Shown: in pieces, positions 1 to 10,782 of the stretch
How positions within the stretch are numbered: position 1 is the stretch's first letter
Layout of the letters: every line of letters starts with the position of its first letter
IMG/VR virus record: IMGVR_UViG_3300020414_000439
Location: 1-50,229 of that record
DNA from: a virus
Taxonomy: Duplodnaviria > Caudoviricetes
DNA: 50,229 nucleotides
Reading direction: 5' to 3' (one strand)
Made by a program: the position numbers and the translations under genes
The notes under the pieces: model-generated
What the model saw: only the letters and a program-made list of their open reading frames with translations
The model's database searches: none
Told to the model about the DNA's origin: nothing

Positions 1-1382
1 GCAGTTGCTCCATCAAGAGTAATATCAGGATCAGAAAAATAGGAACGGACATTGACATCAATCTCACCAGCGCCACTATCCCCTGTATTATTAGCGCCAA
101 ACAGTAAGTTGCCACTAGTATCATTAACTTTAACATAATTAAGATAGTTGAAACCTCTGTAACCAGTAGTTGCAGTTAGTTCTTGATCAAGTTCAAAATT
201 CTCTACGGTATTACCGTCAGCGAAACCAATACGATTATTTTGTAATTGTGTGTTATCTACGCCTAATGCAGCGATGGTGACGTGCCCGTTGCTGTCAACA
301 TCGAAATCTTCCTGTGCAAAGGAAGCCAGTCCCTTCTGTTCCGTTGCTTCAGCCGCGAGGTAACGCCATGATCCAGTATCACCACTGGAATGAGTAGGAG
401 CACCAGCACCAGCACTAATGTCCGCAATTGCTTGGTATACTTTTGATGCATTCTGAATGATTGCATATCTAGAGTAAGCAGTCCCTGCATCATAGTTAGG
501 ATACTTGCTACCCTCAGTAGCAGTAGCGATAGGCACATTTGTTGCACTGGTTAATCTACCATATGCATCAACCGTAAATTTCGTAGCGTTTACAGTTTCT
601 GTACCAAAAGGTTCGCTGTTACTACCTGCACCAGATACAGATGTCAGGGATTCAGTATTATAGTTACCTGCTTGAACAGCAGTTGTGATCATATCGATAG
701 TAGGATCACCAGCAACACCAGAACCATTATTAATTTGAATTCTAGTAGAAGTACCTTGAATAGTTCTAGTTGCTACATTACCAGTAGATGTCTTGGCATA
801 CAAACCAGTACCAGTATGTCCAGCAATTGCAACCAAATCAAGGTCATATGGTTGAGCAGAAGAACCTTCTACAGTACCATTAAGGTTATAATCTGCAAGA
901 GTTGATGGTGTAGTTGCATTAACAACTCTACCTTTAGAGTCTACTGTAACTTTAGTATATGTACCAGTAGCATTAGCATTACCTGCATCATAGTGAGGTA
1001 AGGTATTCAGAATCTCTAGTGTAGAATTGAGATTCAGGTTGGAACTACCATCAAAAGTTCCAGTAGCGACAAGATCACCAGATAATTGAATTTGACGGGT
1101 GGTAGCAATTCTCTGAGCGGTGGAAGCATTACCAATCAGGTTTGCAGTAATTGTACCAGCAGCAAAATTACCATCAGCATCACGCTGAACCAGTGAGTTT
1201 GCAGTTGCAGTGGTAGATTCGACAGGTCTGGAATATCTCAGATTACTCCAGTTGGAAACACCATCACCGATTTTGAAACGACCAGTGTTAAGTTCCAGAC
1301 CGATTTCGCCCTGAGCAAGTACGGGGTTAGAGTTGGTCCACTCTGCGCTGCCACCACGTCTTAATTGAATTCTATTTGCCAT
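1..1382 (-). CDS. Tail fiber protein, 5' part (runs off the left edge; absent from the ORF track)
   Basis: Hand translation from ATG at 1382 gives MANRIQLRRGGSAEWTNSNPVLAQGEIGLELNTGRFKIGDGVSNW, the Mtd/hyaluronidase-type fiber N-terminus. It is followed by fiber motifs (GNASTAQRIATTRQIQLSGD, YTKVTVDSKGRV, KFTVDAYGRLT). A late promoter lies upstream. Confidence 0.88.
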   Translation of the reverse strand, partial: MANRIQLRRGGSAEWTNSNPVLAQGEIGLELNTGRFKIGDGVSNWSNLRYSRPVESTTATANSLVQRDADGNFAAGTITANLIGNASTAQRIATTRQIQLSGDLVATGTFDGSSNLNLNSTLEILNTLPHYDAGNANATGTYTKVTVDSKGRVVNATTPSTLADYNLNGTVEGSSAQPYDLDLVAIAGHTGTGLYAKTSTGNVATRTIQGTSTRIQINNGSGVAGDPTIDMITTAVQAGNYNTESLTSVSGAGSNSEPFGTETVNATKFTVDAYGRLTSATNVPIATATEGSKYPNYDAGTAYSRYAIIQNASKVYQAIADISAGAGAPTHSSGDTGSWRYLAAEATEQKGLASFAQEDFDVDSNGHVTIAALGVDNTQLQNNRIGFADGNTVENFELDQELTATTGYRGFNYLNYVKVNDTSGNLLFGANNTGDSGAGEIDVNVRSYFSDPDITLDGAT

Positions 1383-1421
1383 TTTTTTACGACAACCCGA
1401 TAGGAGATAATGCTTCCAAGT

Positions 1422-1429
1422 TATTTATG
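1422..1429 (-). promoter_or_regulatory. T4-type late (gp55) promoter CATAAATA
   Basis: NATAAATA in the intergenic gap, 40 nt upstream of the fiber ATG. Confidence 0.75.
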
Positions 1430-1434
1430 TCATT

Positions 1435-1456
1435 AAAAAGGGGGACTAATGCCCCC
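1435..1456 (-). terminator. Rho-independent terminator
   Basis: Minus strand GGGGG-cattagt-CCCCC followed by TTTTT, directly after the stop codon at 1462. Confidence 0.8.
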
Positions 1457-1461
1457 ACTTA

Positions 1462-1680
1462 TCATTCTTGAGTTTCTTCGTCAGGAGGATGGGAAGCGGT
1501 TTCCTCCTCACCACCATTAATATAGTATTGGAGGGTCTCAATAGCACCTTGCAACTTAAGGATAGTTTGTTCGTTCTCCCTAACCTTTGCTACATAAGTC
1601 TGATTCTCTTCAGAAAGAGTTTTAATTCGCGTTTGGAAATTGGAGAGCATTTCCTCTTGCGATACCTTTTCAACTGTCAT
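1462..1680 (-). CDS. Small coiled-coil hypothetical protein (72 aa)
   Basis: ATGA overlap with the upstream gene; heptad pattern ...ILKLQGAIETLQY; followed by a terminator. Confidence 0.8.
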   Translation of the reverse strand: MTVEKVSQEEMLSNFQTRIKTLSEENQTYVAKVRENEQTILKLQGAIETLQYYINGGEEETASHPPDEETQE

Positions 1681-1916
1681 GATGTTTTTTCTTGATTTTG
1701 GACTAACGTTAGTAAGAGTGATTTGATATCACTCATCTCAGATTTTAACCCAGAAACATCGTTTTGTAAAGTCTTGAATTCTTCCTTCTTTTTCTGCGAT
1801 TCTCTATAAGAACGCATATACTTTTCATATTCAGTATCAGAAGTAAGTTCGATTGATCCCGATTTAGAATCTCGGGACCAATCATGATCTTCATCGACTA
1901 TCCACTTTTCACTCAT
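1677..1916 (-). CDS. Small hypothetical protein following VrlC (79 aa, MSEKWIVDEDH...)
   Basis: ATG begins 3 nt after the VrlC stop; C-terminal coiled coil LKSEMSDIKSLLLTL. Confidence 0.8.
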   Translation of the reverse strand: MSEKWIVDEDHDWSRDSKSGSIELTSDTEYEKYMRSYRESQKKKEEFKTLQNDVSGLKSEMSDIKSLLLTLVQNQEKTS

Positions 1917-1918
1917 AA

Positions 1919-4900
1919 TTAGACTGCTAATGCAATACAACGAATGTCTTTGATGACTGGAGAGTATGCTTGATTAGGTGAAGTAAAGATTACTTTGATC
2001 TGATATTGTGTGAAATTCAAACCACTAATCTCATATTCATAATCAGCATATTCTTCAATGTCACTGGTTCCTGGTTTGTTATCGGGTTCGGGGAAATAAG
2101 TGTATCCGAACGTTTCGATAGGATCTGTAGAACCAACTGGTAATACTCTATATAGCACTCTAATATCAGTGTCAACAGGACGATAACCCGTAAAGTACAC
2201 CTTAATAGCACCAGAAGGATTAGTCAAAGTAGCAACCTTAGTGATATAGCATCCTTCATGCTGATCACCAACTGCTAATAATGCACTATCACTAGATGCT
2301 GGAACATTGATTCGGTTACTTGTAGTTGACATTGAGAATCTATCAGTATCAACTACAGGAGACAAGTTATCAGTCTTTGTGGTCAAAGTCAGATCCAATC
2401 GGAATGATTTAGCACCTGCGAGTTCACCATCTTCATTAACATCAGAACAGATCATCTGAGGTCTGTTGAAATAATTATCTTCTGAAAGATCAATATCAAC
2501 AAACGTTCCATCGTTGACGAACGAATTCTGATTCATAGTTACACCATCATTGATGGATGTACCAGAAACTGTATTTGCTCTTGCCGTAATCTTTGTCTTA
2601 GGCAGTAACATAGTCTGGATAGCAGGAGTGATAATCTCAAACTGAACGTTCTGAGATGCTGTAATATCTGCACCACCACCCAAGATACCATTACTTGCAA
2701 CATAATTAGTCAGAAGTTCATAAGTATCCAAAGTAGGACTCAAGACAGAGGTATGTGTTTTGTTGATGGTTGTCAGAGGAACACCATCAAGGTTATAACA
2801 TTCAACCACTGCTTCACTTGCGTGAGCGGCAGCAGTAGTTCCATCCAGTCCCCTTTGAGTTACTGTAATAGTCTTACCATCGCTACTGATTGCTTCATAA
2901 GACATGATCTCATCTTCAATTTTGATGAATCCTGTATTAGTATTACTAATTGCAAGACCATTAATAATTTTGTGGAACGCTAATGCATCGTTTACAACCA
3001 GAGAAGTATCAGATGCAGAGATCGATGCAGTCAGATATGTATTACTGACTTCAGAGATTACACCATCGATGACGACATTGTTATCAACATCATGCATACA
3101 ATGGTTACTATGATATACACGAATTCTCTTCTGAGATGCTGCAATAGTAGGAGTTACAGAAACAGTTGCTGCTTGAATTACACTAGACTCAACTCTGTCA
3201 CCAGCGGGAACAAATGCAGTGGAGGATGCAAGAGTTCCAGACGTACCAGAAGTTCCACCAGTAATGGTAGTGCCATTACTAAATGTTCCCGACACATAAC
3301 GTACCGTTAGAGTATTATTTGAACTATTCCAAGTAACAACTTCTGCTGTAGGAGATCCATCACTAGACGCACCAGTAATTGTTTCTCCAGGACTAGATCC
3401 TGCGGGAATAGTAAATCCACCAGTACCACCAGAGGGAGCGCCAGAAAGAGTAATTGTTGCAGTAGTTGCAGAAGATACAATAGTATTAGTGGTATCAAAT
3501 ACACCAGAAATATCTTTAACCTTCAGAACCAGATTTGTACCTGTTGTGATCTTATCAATAGTTGCTTCAGCATTAGAAGTCTTTTGATAGATTCTAGCAC
3601 CTAAAGTAAATGGCAATGAATTGGAATTCATTGTCAGATCCAACTTAGGAGATAAAGTCTCAACAGCATCCTGTTCAAGATCAACGATACCATCATTACC
3701 AATATCAAGATCACTATTATTCAAGATCAGTGTACCAGTGACCGATGGGTCAAACTTTGCTCTATAAAGATTGAACTTAAGATCTTCATATTGGTCAGCA
3801 GTCCAGGTAGATGCGTTCTGTGATTTAAACAGAACACCAGCATAAGGTTGCTCGGAGATTGTTCTATCACCTTCAATAGTTTGCTCACCCATTCTAGAGA
3901 TCCATACTTGATATTCATTCGAGTCTGCGAACAAACAGAAGCAGTGTTCTTGAGACTGAGGAATATAAACAGGAGCAGGGAATGTAAATCTAGTTGCAAC
4001 AGCACCAGTATCAGAAAGATTTACATCATTAGGGTTAACTGTTACGTCAGCAAAAGGAAGAATAGTTGTAGTTGGATAACCATTTTCCATAGTTCTGATC
4101 TGCATGTTGATAGGAATACTACTATCTTTCTTGAAGAAGAAAATATCAACACTAGTAACAAAACAACCACCCTTAAGATCAATCAAGAAGGATTGTGCGA
4201 GAGGGTCCCACCAACCAACCTGTCTTCTTTCAGTTCTTGTAGAACGAACTGTTCTACGTTGAGTAACTGTATCTCTGACGATATCAGCATTTCTGATCGC
4301 GACGACGTTTCTACGAATCCTACGCAGAGTTCCAGATGAGGTAAATTCAACTTCACCAGCAGATGCAACTGCTCCTGGGATCCTAGTATCATCAGACTGA
4401 GAAGTCATTCTCAGAGTTCTAGTACCAGTTCTCCAACGTGGATTGACATTCTTAATTGGAGGTGGAATAAAGAAGTTGCCTCTATACCAACCATTTCGGT
4501 CAGTCATATGTCTACGACGTTGCACAACTGCTCTTGCGCCAGAGGTCATACCGATCAGAACTTCTCCGACCTGCATATTACCACGATATCTAGCGTTCCT
4601 CTTATTGCGTCTTGCAAGAGCCGCAACGTTATGGTTAACAATGTTTGTATTTGCAGAATAAGATGATCCCAGTTCACTATCATCATAAGGGTTGTATGCA
4701 ACACCATTATAGTGAGACTTATACCAGTTATTAGGTCTCAAACATTGGAAACGACACTTACTTTTAGCACCTCGAATTGTTTCACCAGGTTGGAATGGAA
4801 TATCATTAGTTCTAGAATCTGTAGAAGGATTCTTAATAACTTCAATGATCTTAGGAGTTACATACTTAGTAATTTTCTTTTTGTCAAAGAAAATATAGAA

Positions 4901-7900
4901 CTTAGTATTTGGTTTCATTCTAGAAGCAGTAATTCTAATGTTTCTAGATCTCATCCAATTAATTGATGTCTGTGACACCACGCTATCACCAAGACTCCGA
5001 CGATCAATCCTTGGAACAACTCTGGTTCTAATACCAGTTCTGCGTTGACGAGTAGTTGTCCTGATTCTCGTTACCCGATCAACAGCACGACCTCTACCCC
5101 AACTAGAACGACGACCAGAACGGAAGGTTCTTCTAGAGATAACTCTATTACCTCTCCATGTAGTTCTCCAAGAACGCCATTGAATAGGTGCAAATCCTCG
5201 TCTATTAACTCTCAGTCTTCTTCTGGTTGCTTGGAAGTTACCTTCAATTCTAGTAACTCTAGTTGGTAAACGCCTGGTATCTACCCAATCATCTGCTGCA
5301 GGAAGCAAAACAAGATTACCAATAAATGCAAAGACGTTGAATGGATTGACGTTTTCAACTCTAGACGCATAGGGTTGCTGAATTAAAAGATCTTCTGTAT
5401 ATGGCAGAAGCGCCAAAGGTTTTTCATCCTGATCAGCACCATCAGCATCATCAGCAACAGGAACAAGATAATCAATATTCGTAGTCAGAGTATCATTAAT
5501 TTCCAGAGGAACATTATTAGTATAGTGTGACGCACGACAGATACCTTCCTCAAAATCTAAAGAAGCATTAAAGTCTTCGTTTTCAGTATCAGACTTGCCA
5601 TGATCAGTAAAGTCATCAACAATAAAACCATTTTTCAATCTATTATTACCATCACCATCTAAAATCTCAGTGGAGATAGTGTCAGACTCCAGCATATTGA
5701 GAGATGTGTAATACTCAATCTGATCAATACGTTTTTCAAGTCCACCAATGTCACGCATGGTGAAACGCTTATTATCAGATCTTTCAATCTCTACATCTTC
5801 ATCAGGATCAAATCCATATGGAGCATAAGTTAGCGTTGCCAACAACATGCCAGTTTCAAGATCATCTGGTTCCTCAGGTTCTTCTGCAGGTTTACCAGTA
5901 ACAATCTCAAATTCACCATCTTGGTCCAGATATACTTTATCAATTCTACCAATATACCAAGAGAAATCACACCTGAAGTTTGCATTAACTTTCAGAATAT
6001 CAAAGATGGTGGGGTTCTTACCAGAAACTGCAGTAAATTGTCTAGATTTAAAGTCAAATGTAGAACATGCCAGGAACGCTGGTGTAATAACAGTACCAGC
6101 ACCGCTATACAAATTGGCAATACCAGGACGGAAGTCTAAGAAATCTGGTAAGAATTGACCATTGTGGAATGGAATGTCCTTATAAGAAACACCAGTATAA
6201 GATTGACCAGCAAAATAATCACCAGTGGAAGCATGAGTGAAGTAGTCTAAAACTACCATCACCTTTCTGATGGGAACAGCAACACCTTTTCTTCTTACAA
6301 TTTTAGATGTAGCATACATGTAATCGGTTTGACCTCTGTCAAGTTCATAACGATCACTGATATTTTTAGAACCTTCAACAACAGAACCAGCAGCATCATT
6401 AATGATTCCAGTAATACTAGCACCAGTGCTATCAAAACCAGTTACATTTTCACCACCTTGGAATGTTCCATCCAAGACTACAATACTGAGTTTCAAAGTG
6501 CTGGAGTTAAAGTCAATAACTCTACCCGTTGCACCAGATGTAGCACCTGTAACAATAGTACCAGTATCAAAGAAGACCGATTCAACTAAAGTAACCGAAG
6601 GAAGAACTGGATCATTATCATCTAGCGATTCGTATACAGCATGTACTGTCTGTGCATCAACCAGACCTAAAGAAATATCTCTATCTTCAATTCTATTACC
6701 ATAGATATGAGAATTGGTTAAACCATACAACTGCTTCTCATTATCTTGAGTGGTTTTATTAACCTTGAAGATAAACATCTTCTGAAGAGATTTCGTTTTC
6801 TTAACAGCAACATTTTTAGAAATAGATGCTGTCAGTTGAACTTCAGTAATATCTGTAAGGTTTGCAATAGTAAGAGTTTGTTGATCTGCAGAAACTGTGC
6901 AATAACCTGCAGCTGCAGAGTTTGAAGAACCAGTTTTAATCTCAACCTTTCCACCATCAGCAACAGCAGGACTGCTTCCAACACCAGTAACTGTAATGGT
7001 TAGATTTCTATCACTAATTTCATCATTATTAAAGTTAAATTGCTCATTCTCAGGAAGTGTAATTGACAGAGTTCCTGTAGTTACAGTTTGAGCATCAAAT
7101 GTTCTTCTAATAACAGCAGATTCATCCTTAATAGATGCAATATAAGGTTTAGGCATCTTAGTCAGGAGATTTGCATCCTCCTGATTTTCCAATCTTGCTC
7201 TATATCTAACTAAAGATGTGTAGTCACCAGCAGAAGGTGCAGCACCACCAGGACCAGGAGTTACGTTAACTGTCTGATTACTAAAGTTAAAGATAGTAGA
7301 AGGATTACCAGAACTCAGAGCAGCATTATTTACCAGGTCAACATCAACATATTTTGTGGCACTGAAGAAAATTCTATCTCCAGCACGAAGATCTGATGCA
7401 AAATTAGAGTTGAGACCAACAATATTTTCAGAACCACCAGTTGCATCATATGTGAAACTACTACCAACAATCTCTTTAAAGTCTGCCAGTTCTAAATCAG
7501 CAGTAAATTCTACCGCAGAGTTGCCTTCATCTCTAGCAACAAATTGTCTTACATCACTATATTGATATTCATATACCTGTGCAATAGTATCCTTATCACG
7601 TCCATCAACAGTAACCATCTCACTCTTGAGGAAAGTACCCTCAACCTGATGAAGATTAAGGTGCGTTGCACTACTAATAGTATCAACAATATATCCTCTG
7701 GCACCACTGGTAGAACCAACAACTAAAGAACCTTCAGTAATACTTTGTGCAGTGCTTAACTGAATTCGAGTAAACATCTGAATATCAAACAGATGAACCC
7801 GATACTTATCGTCAGTATTGCCAAATGTATTATCAGGATCTTCCCTATGTTCTAAACTAGCAACACGAGATACACCAATCTTAGCACCTGATGAAGAACC

Positions 7901-9211
7901 AGGAGATGATGTAAACGTATCATGTAAATCAATAACTTGATATGAATTTGATACAGAATCACCAGTTACATTTGGGAATCCATAAACATTCTTAACTTCA
8001 GTGTAATTACCAAGACTGAATGTAATAATTGCATTCTCTTTGGACAGAGTTGTCCTTGGTTTCATTACATCAACAAAGGTTGCAGACAGAGTAGATACTC
8101 TATAACCCTTAACGTATGCTGTACCAGGACCAAATTCTACGCAATATCTGTCATCACTAGCAACATTACCATCATCACTAACTTCATTTGCAGTATAGAC
8201 ACCATCATTGAAACCATCATCAAGGTGTTCTTTTAGTGCAATATCAAAATCTTGTACAGTATAATCACCAGACTCTTCGTATGTACGAAGTGCCATAGTT
8301 CTTTCTAGTTCATCATACGCGCTACGATCAACTAGTTGTTCTACTTTTTCGCCATTAATGCGAAGAAGTTCAATAAAATCTTTATCGGCATCATCATCGA
8401 GTGCCTTTTTAACTAAGTTTGTGGTGATTCTGAATCGGTGAGAACCAGGAGCAGCATAATTAGATGTGCCTGCAGCGTTATCATTGAGTGATAAGTCATC
8501 TTCTGGGGTGACAATCGACTCAAGGATTTCGAGACCAATTCTGTATTTGGGGTCACTTCCATATTGATCAAGGAGAATATATTGATATGGTACGTCTACA
8601 AAGAATCCACGAATGAAGTATACACCTTCCTGAACATATGCGACAGATCCTTGCTGAAGTGCATCAGTAGGAAGCAGTTGTGCAAAAGGAGATCCAACTT
8701 CAATCAGAGTAGATCCAAAAGTAATTTCACTATCAGTAACTAACTGCTCGTTATTAGCAAATGTCTTAATAGATGCTGCTTCTTCAGTATCGGCAGTAGT
8801 ATCTGTACCAGAGGAAAGGTATTTTACATAAAGAGTAATATATCCTTTAGTAGAATTTGTATCGGAGATACTATAAAGAACCTTTGCCTTAACACCTGTG
8901 GTCAGACCTTCAATAATCTTACCATCTAATTGAGTACGATATGTTTCAACCTGTGCTCCCAGGAAAGATTCCTGAAGCATAATTGCATCGACATTCAGAT
9001 CGTAACCAACTTGTCCAGGGATGACCATCGAACCATCCTTAAACAGGTGAGAACCTACACTCTCAATCTGATTTTGCAATACAGATTGCATGGTAGTAAG
9101 TTCCCGTGCCTGAATTGGGAAACCAGGACGGAACAGCACTCGATAAAAGTTCTTCGCTTTATCGAAATCGTCGTAATAAGGTGTGACGTTTAAATTTGTG
9201 TTTTGTGCCAT
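1919..9211 (-). CDS. vrlC: VrlC / DUF4815-type large virion structural protein (2430 aa)
   Basis: N-terminus NLNVTPYYDDFD..KNFYRVLFRPGFPIQARELT.MQS; NYAAPGSHR; LKNGFIVDDF; DPLAQSF; GVLFKSQNASTWT..QYEDLKF; position directly after gp8. Confidence 0.9.
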   Translation of the reverse strand: MAQNTNLNVTPYYDDFDKAKNFYRVLFRPGFPIQARELTTMQSVLQNQIESVGSHLFKDGSMVIPGQVGYDLNVDAIMLQESFLGAQVETYRTQLDGKIIEGLTTGVKAKVLYSISDTNSTKGYITLYVKYLSSGTDTTADTEEAASIKTFANNEQLVTDSEITFGSTLIEVGSPFAQLLPTDALQQGSVAYVQEGVYFIRGFFVDVPYQYILLDQYGSDPKYRIGLEILESIVTPEDDLSLNDNAAGTSNYAAPGSHRFRITTNLVKKALDDDADKDFIELLRINGEKVEQLVDRSAYDELERTMALRTYEESGDYTVQDFDIALKEHLDDGFNDGVYTANEVSDDGNVASDDRYCVEFGPGTAYVKGYRVSTLSATFVDVMKPRTTLSKENAIITFSLGNYTEVKNVYGFPNVTGDSVSNSYQVIDLHDTFTSSPGSSSGAKIGVSRVASLEHREDPDNTFGNTDDKYRVHLFDIQMFTRIQLSTAQSITEGSLVVGSTSGARGYIVDTISSATHLNLHQVEGTFLKSEMVTVDGRDKDTIAQVYEYQYSDVRQFVARDEGNSAVEFTADLELADFKEIVGSSFTYDATGGSENIVGLNSNFASDLRAGDRIFFSATKYVDVDLVNNAALSSGNPSTIFNFSNQTVNVTPGPGGAAPSAGDYTSLVRYRARLENQEDANLLTKMPKPYIASIKDESAVIRRTFDAQTVTTGTLSITLPENEQFNFNNDEISDRNLTITVTGVGSSPAVADGGKVEIKTGSSNSAAAGYCTVSADQQTLTIANLTDITEVQLTASISKNVAVKKTKSLQKMFIFKVNKTTQDNEKQLYGLTNSHIYGNRIEDRDISLGLVDAQTVHAVYESLDDNDPVLPSVTLVESVFFDTGTIVTGATSGATGRVIDFNSSTLKLSIVVLDGTFQGGENVTGFDSTGASITGIINDAAGSVVEGSKNISDRYELDRGQTDYMYATSKIVRRKGVAVPIRKVMVVLDYFTHASTGDYFAGQSYTGVSYKDIPFHNGQFLPDFLDFRPGIANLYSGAGTVITPAFLACSTFDFKSRQFTAVSGKNPTIFDILKVNANFRCDFSWYIGRIDKVYLDQDGEFEIVTGKPAEEPEEPDDLETGMLLATLTYAPYGFDPDEDVEIERSDNKRFTMRDIGGLEKRIDQIEYYTSLNMLESDTISTEILDGDGNNRLKNGFIVDDFTDHGKSDTENEDFNASLDFEEGICRASHYTNNVPLEINDTLTTNIDYLVPVADDADGADQDEKPLALLPYTEDLLIQQPYASRVENVNPFNVFAFIGNLVLLPAADDWVDTRRLPTRVTRIEGNFQATRRRLRVNRRGFAPIQWRSWRTTWRGNRVISRRTFRSGRRSSWGRGRAVDRVTRIRTTTRQRRTGIRTRVVPRIDRRSLGDSVVSQTSINWMRSRNIRITASRMKPNTKFYIFFDKKKITKYVTPKIIEVIKNPSTDSRTNDIPFQPGETIRGAKSKCRFQCLRPNNWYKSHYNGVAYNPYDDSELGSSYSANTNIVNHNVAALARRNKRNARYRGNMQVGEVLIGMTSGARAVVQRRRHMTDRNGWYRGNFFIPPPIKNVNPRWRTGTRTLRMTSQSDDTRIPGAVASAGEVEFTSSGTLRRIRRNVVAIRNADIVRDTVTQRRTVRSTRTERRQVGWWDPLAQSFLIDLKGGCFVTSVDIFFFKKDSSIPINMQIRTMENGYPTTTILPFADVTVNPNDVNLSDTGAVATRFTFPAPVYIPQSQEHCFCLFADSNEYQVWISRMGEQTIEGDRTISEQPYAGVLFKSQNASTWTADQYEDLKFNLYRAKFDPSVTGTLILNNSDLDIGNDGIVDLEQDAVETLSPKLDLTMNSNSLPFTLGARIYQKTSNAEATIDKITTGTNLVLKVKDISGVFDTTNTIVSSATTATITLSGAPSGGTGGFTIPAGSSPGETITGASSDGSPTAEVVTWNSSNNTLTVRYVSGTFSNGTTITGGTSGTSGTLASSTAFVPAGDRVESSVIQAATVSVTPTIAASQKRIRVYHSNHCMHDVDNNVVIDGVISEVSNTYLTASISASDTSLVVNDALAFHKIINGLAISNTNTGFIKIEDEIMSYEAISSDGKTITVTQRGLDGTTAAAHASEAVVECYNLDGVPLTTINKTHTSVLSPTLDTYELLTNYVASNGILGGGADITASQNVQFEIITPAIQTMLLPKTKITARANTVSGTSINDGVTMNQNSFVNDGTFVDIDLSEDNYFNRPQMICSDVNEDGELAGAKSFRLDLTLTTKTDNLSPVVDTDRFSMSTTSNRINVPASSDSALLAVGDQHEGCYITKVATLTNPSGAIKVYFTGYRPVDTDIRVLYRVLPVGSTDPIETFGYTYFPEPDNKPGTSDIEEYADYEYEISGLNFTQYQIKVIFTSPNQAYSPVIKDIRCIALAV

Positions 9212-10743
9212 TAGAACTCGATTACGATTTTAATATCTTCTACTTGGTCGTTTGCACGACTAATTGCTCTTCTATTATCTATATAAACAACGTCACCGCT
9301 GTTTGATTTAATCTCGGGTTTTGCATATCCAGTATTAAATTTCATGCCGAGATCATACTCAGTACCATTAATGGTTCTGGAGGATGCATTGGGAACCTGT
9401 GGAAAAGCAACATCAGGTTGTCCAGCAGCACCAGAAGTGGCACCACTAATAACGTTAGAACCATCAAACTCATTCTGTGTACCAGTAACTTCAGGGAAGA
9501 TACCATCGACAGAGTTCTGATAATACTTCAGAACTTTCGTTGTAGCGTTCCAAGAAACTACTCGACCACGAGCAGTAACAGATTGACCGCCAACAACTCT
9601 AGTTTGAGTGACAATTTCGTCAGGAACGTAGTTACCTTGGAAGGTAGGAGCGAAGATCGCTGCCTTTGCAGCAGAAACTGTAAGGTCAGAGATTAATTCT
9701 TCAGTACCAAATTTTAAGGGATTAGTGATCAAACCAATACGACGATAATCGTTATCGATAGGGAAGTCACCAGCACCTTCATTATATGAAAGTTTTGCGT
9801 TGATCATGACTCGGAAAGCACCAAGTTCGACAACAGAGTCGCTTCCATGACCACCAGGAGGAGGAATGATAACATCAACTTGTCCACCTGTTCCTGTACC
9901 AATACCTGTAATTGAGTCAACACTGATTTTACCGAAGGTATAACCAGTACCACCAGATGTAACAGTAGCAGACAGAAGTTTACCACCATCAACAACAATG
10001 GAAACACGACCACCAGTTCCGTCACCATTAATAGCAACGTTATCATAAGTTCCGTTGTTGTAACCTGTTCCTGCTGAGTTAATGACAACTGTATCAATTT
10101 CACCAGTAACAGCGTTAGTCCTCACCGCATCATTGGTAAAGACTGGCATGTATTCATTACTGAAGAACTTAAGGACGGAAGCAACGGGAATGGTATACAT
10201 GTACTTCCAACGATAAGAGTCACCAGTTGTAATGATGCTAGTGGAAGTACCAGTAGGCTCAACTGTAGAAGGTTTACCATTAGGATCAGAGGGTGATGTT
10301 CCGTTGTAGATACACTTGTATACTTGATACTGAGAATTTACAACGTAAAAATCAGAGTCATAAAGTTTGGTAGCACCAGAGGCAGCAGTTTTACTTGGAG
10401 AATAATCGTGACGATACATATCGTAAGTAAAACCCAGACCACCAGTGGTCTGTTCTGGAGAAACCCAGTCAATACGACGAACAACTTGTACGGTATCTGC
10501 TGCAAGAACTCTCTTAAGAGAGATCATATCATCGTAAGAATCTGCAAATTCCGAAAAAGAGTCAACCGCCTGAGGGGGAGCATTTTCATTATCCCACGTC
10601 TGAGGTCTGCCGATAAACAAATATAAACGATCTCTAGACGCACCAGCAGCGGTATCGCTCTGAGTAGCATCAGGACCCTCAAGTGCTTTGATGAATTTCT
10701 TCGCAGAAAAAATTCTAAATTGATCAGTTAATAGAGCTGCCAT
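9211..10743 (-). CDS. gp8: Baseplate wedge subunit gp8 (510 aa)
   Basis: MAALLTDQFRI; LYLFIGRPQ.W; YVVNSQYQVYKCIYN; DSYRWKYMYTI; NDYRRIGLITNP; SGDVVYIDNR...QVEDIKIVIEF. Confidence 0.93.
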   Translation of the reverse strand: MAALLTDQFRIFSAKKFIKALEGPDATQSDTAAGASRDRLYLFIGRPQTWDNENAPPQAVDSFSEFADSYDDMISLKRVLAADTVQVVRRIDWVSPEQTTGGLGFTYDMYRHDYSPSKTAASGATKLYDSDFYVVNSQYQVYKCIYNGTSPSDPNGKPSTVEPTGTSTSIITTGDSYRWKYMYTIPVASVLKFFSNEYMPVFTNDAVRTNAVTGEIDTVVINSAGTGYNNGTYDNVAINGDGTGGRVSIVVDGGKLLSATVTSGGTGYTFGKISVDSITGIGTGTGGQVDVIIPPPGGHGSDSVVELGAFRVMINAKLSYNEGAGDFPIDNDYRRIGLITNPLKFGTEELISDLTVSAAKAAIFAPTFQGNYVPDEIVTQTRVVGGQSVTARGRVVSWNATTKVLKYYQNSVDGIFPEVTGTQNEFDGSNVISGATSGAAGQPDVAFPQVPNASSRTINGTEYDLGMKFNTGYAKPEIKSNSGDVVYIDNRRAISRANDQVEDIKIVIEF

Positions 10744-10770
10744 TTCCTATGGGATTATTGTCCTCTTGTT

Positions 10771-10778
10771 TATTTATG
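10771..10778 (-). promoter_or_regulatory. Late promoter CATAAATA
   Basis: Intergenic, 28 nt upstream of the gp8 ATG. Confidence 0.75.
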
Positions 10779-10782
10779 AAGG

